NCBI GenBank assembly: GCA_964612595.1
Contig: CAZTFB010000002.1
Location: 70,663-134,662 of the forward strand
DNA: 64,000 bases
Direction: 5' to 3'
From: an uncultured Gammaproteobacteria bacterium
GTDB taxonomy: Bacteria > Patescibacteriota > Microgenomatia > UBA1406 > HO2-37-13b
Shown here: one piece after another, positions 63,801-64,000 of the stretch
Numbering within the stretch: the first letter of the stretch is position 1
How the letters are laid out: every line of letters starts with the position of its first letter
Notes under the pieces: model-generated
Databases searched by the model: none
What the model saw: the letters and a program-made list of their open reading frames with translations, nothing else
What the model was told of the DNA's origin: nothing
Position numbers and translations under genes: made by a program

Positions 63801-64000
63801 ATGAGGAAAGCAATATACTCGCTTGTGATCGCCCTAATGATCTTACTCGCTTCGCTTGTCATCTTTTCTCAAAAAACCGATACTGCCCTCGCACAAGTTG
63901 AGATGAAGGGAGAAACGGTAGAATATACACTTCCTTTTGCTGGGCTTCTTCCTGATAGCCCCCTCTACCCACTTAAGGTTGTTCGTGATAATTTTTGGCT
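63801..64000 (+). CDS. secreted protein, 5' fragment (continues beyond window)
   Basis: ATG 63801 with signal peptide MRKAIYSLVIALMILLASLVIF. The LPFAGLLPDSPLYPLKVVRDNF motif is seen in CPR-type DUF5667-like proteins (from memory). Confidence 0.45.
   Translation, partial: MRKAIYSLVIALMILLASLVIFSQKTDTALAQVEMKGETVEYTLPFAGLLPDSPLYPLKVVRDNFW

Noticed and set aside
1-64000. CRISPR arrays, rRNA genes, prophage or a complete IS element.
   Set aside because: I saw no regularly spaced direct repeats, no rRNA-like conserved stretches and no phage structural genes. The only transposase-like gene (6916-7503) has no second IS gene.

Overview
The window looks like the chromosome of a small-genome, low-GC bacterium. 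The gene content suggests a CPR/Patescibacteria-like organism, but that is inference only. All calls come from reading the sequence and ORF track by eye, with no homology search.

It spans the replication origin (three perfect DnaA boxes, dnaA, dnaN). Recognisable housekeeping genes are argS (3' end), clpB, trxA, trxB, nrdR-nrdJ plus a PduO-type adenosyltransferase, miaB, a guaB-like gene, a murF-like gene, a femAB-like gene, recA, recX, rny, HU and an RNase H gene. There are three tRNAs: Met-CAT, Ala-GGC and Pro-GGG.

Other content includes many glycosyltransferases (GT2, GT4 and polytopic GT-C-like). A type IV secretion-like gene set is split over three loci: a VirD4-like ATPase; three pilin-like paralogs with a SpoIID-type hydrolase; and PrgI-like plus VirB4-like genes. 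There is also a CDP-archaeol-synthase-like gene and a HARP-type protein-only RNase P candidate. No CRISPR array or rRNA was seen.

The most unusual signal is a set of about 0.5-kb, strongly GC-rich, single-gene cassettes. Each sits just downstream of, and co-oriented with, the 3' end of a host gene (RNase H twice in tandem, clpB, tRNA-Ala). Each has its own TTGAC(T/C)/TTGATC-N17-TATAAT promoter, Shine-Dalgarno site, orphan ORF and terminator. At the RNase H locus, two such units are arranged in tandem with conserved ends (a 124-bp duplicated RNase H 3' end at 122/124 identity, TGGAATA, hairpin boxes) but unrelated cargo.

A family of short GC-rich intergenic hairpin/box elements is scattered through the window, and inverted copies flank an IS200/RayT-like Y1 transposase. 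Further observations are a 48-nt element with a compensatory stem change, a perfect 30-bp direct repeat bracketing a whole oxidoreductase gene, and widespread leaderless-type promoters.
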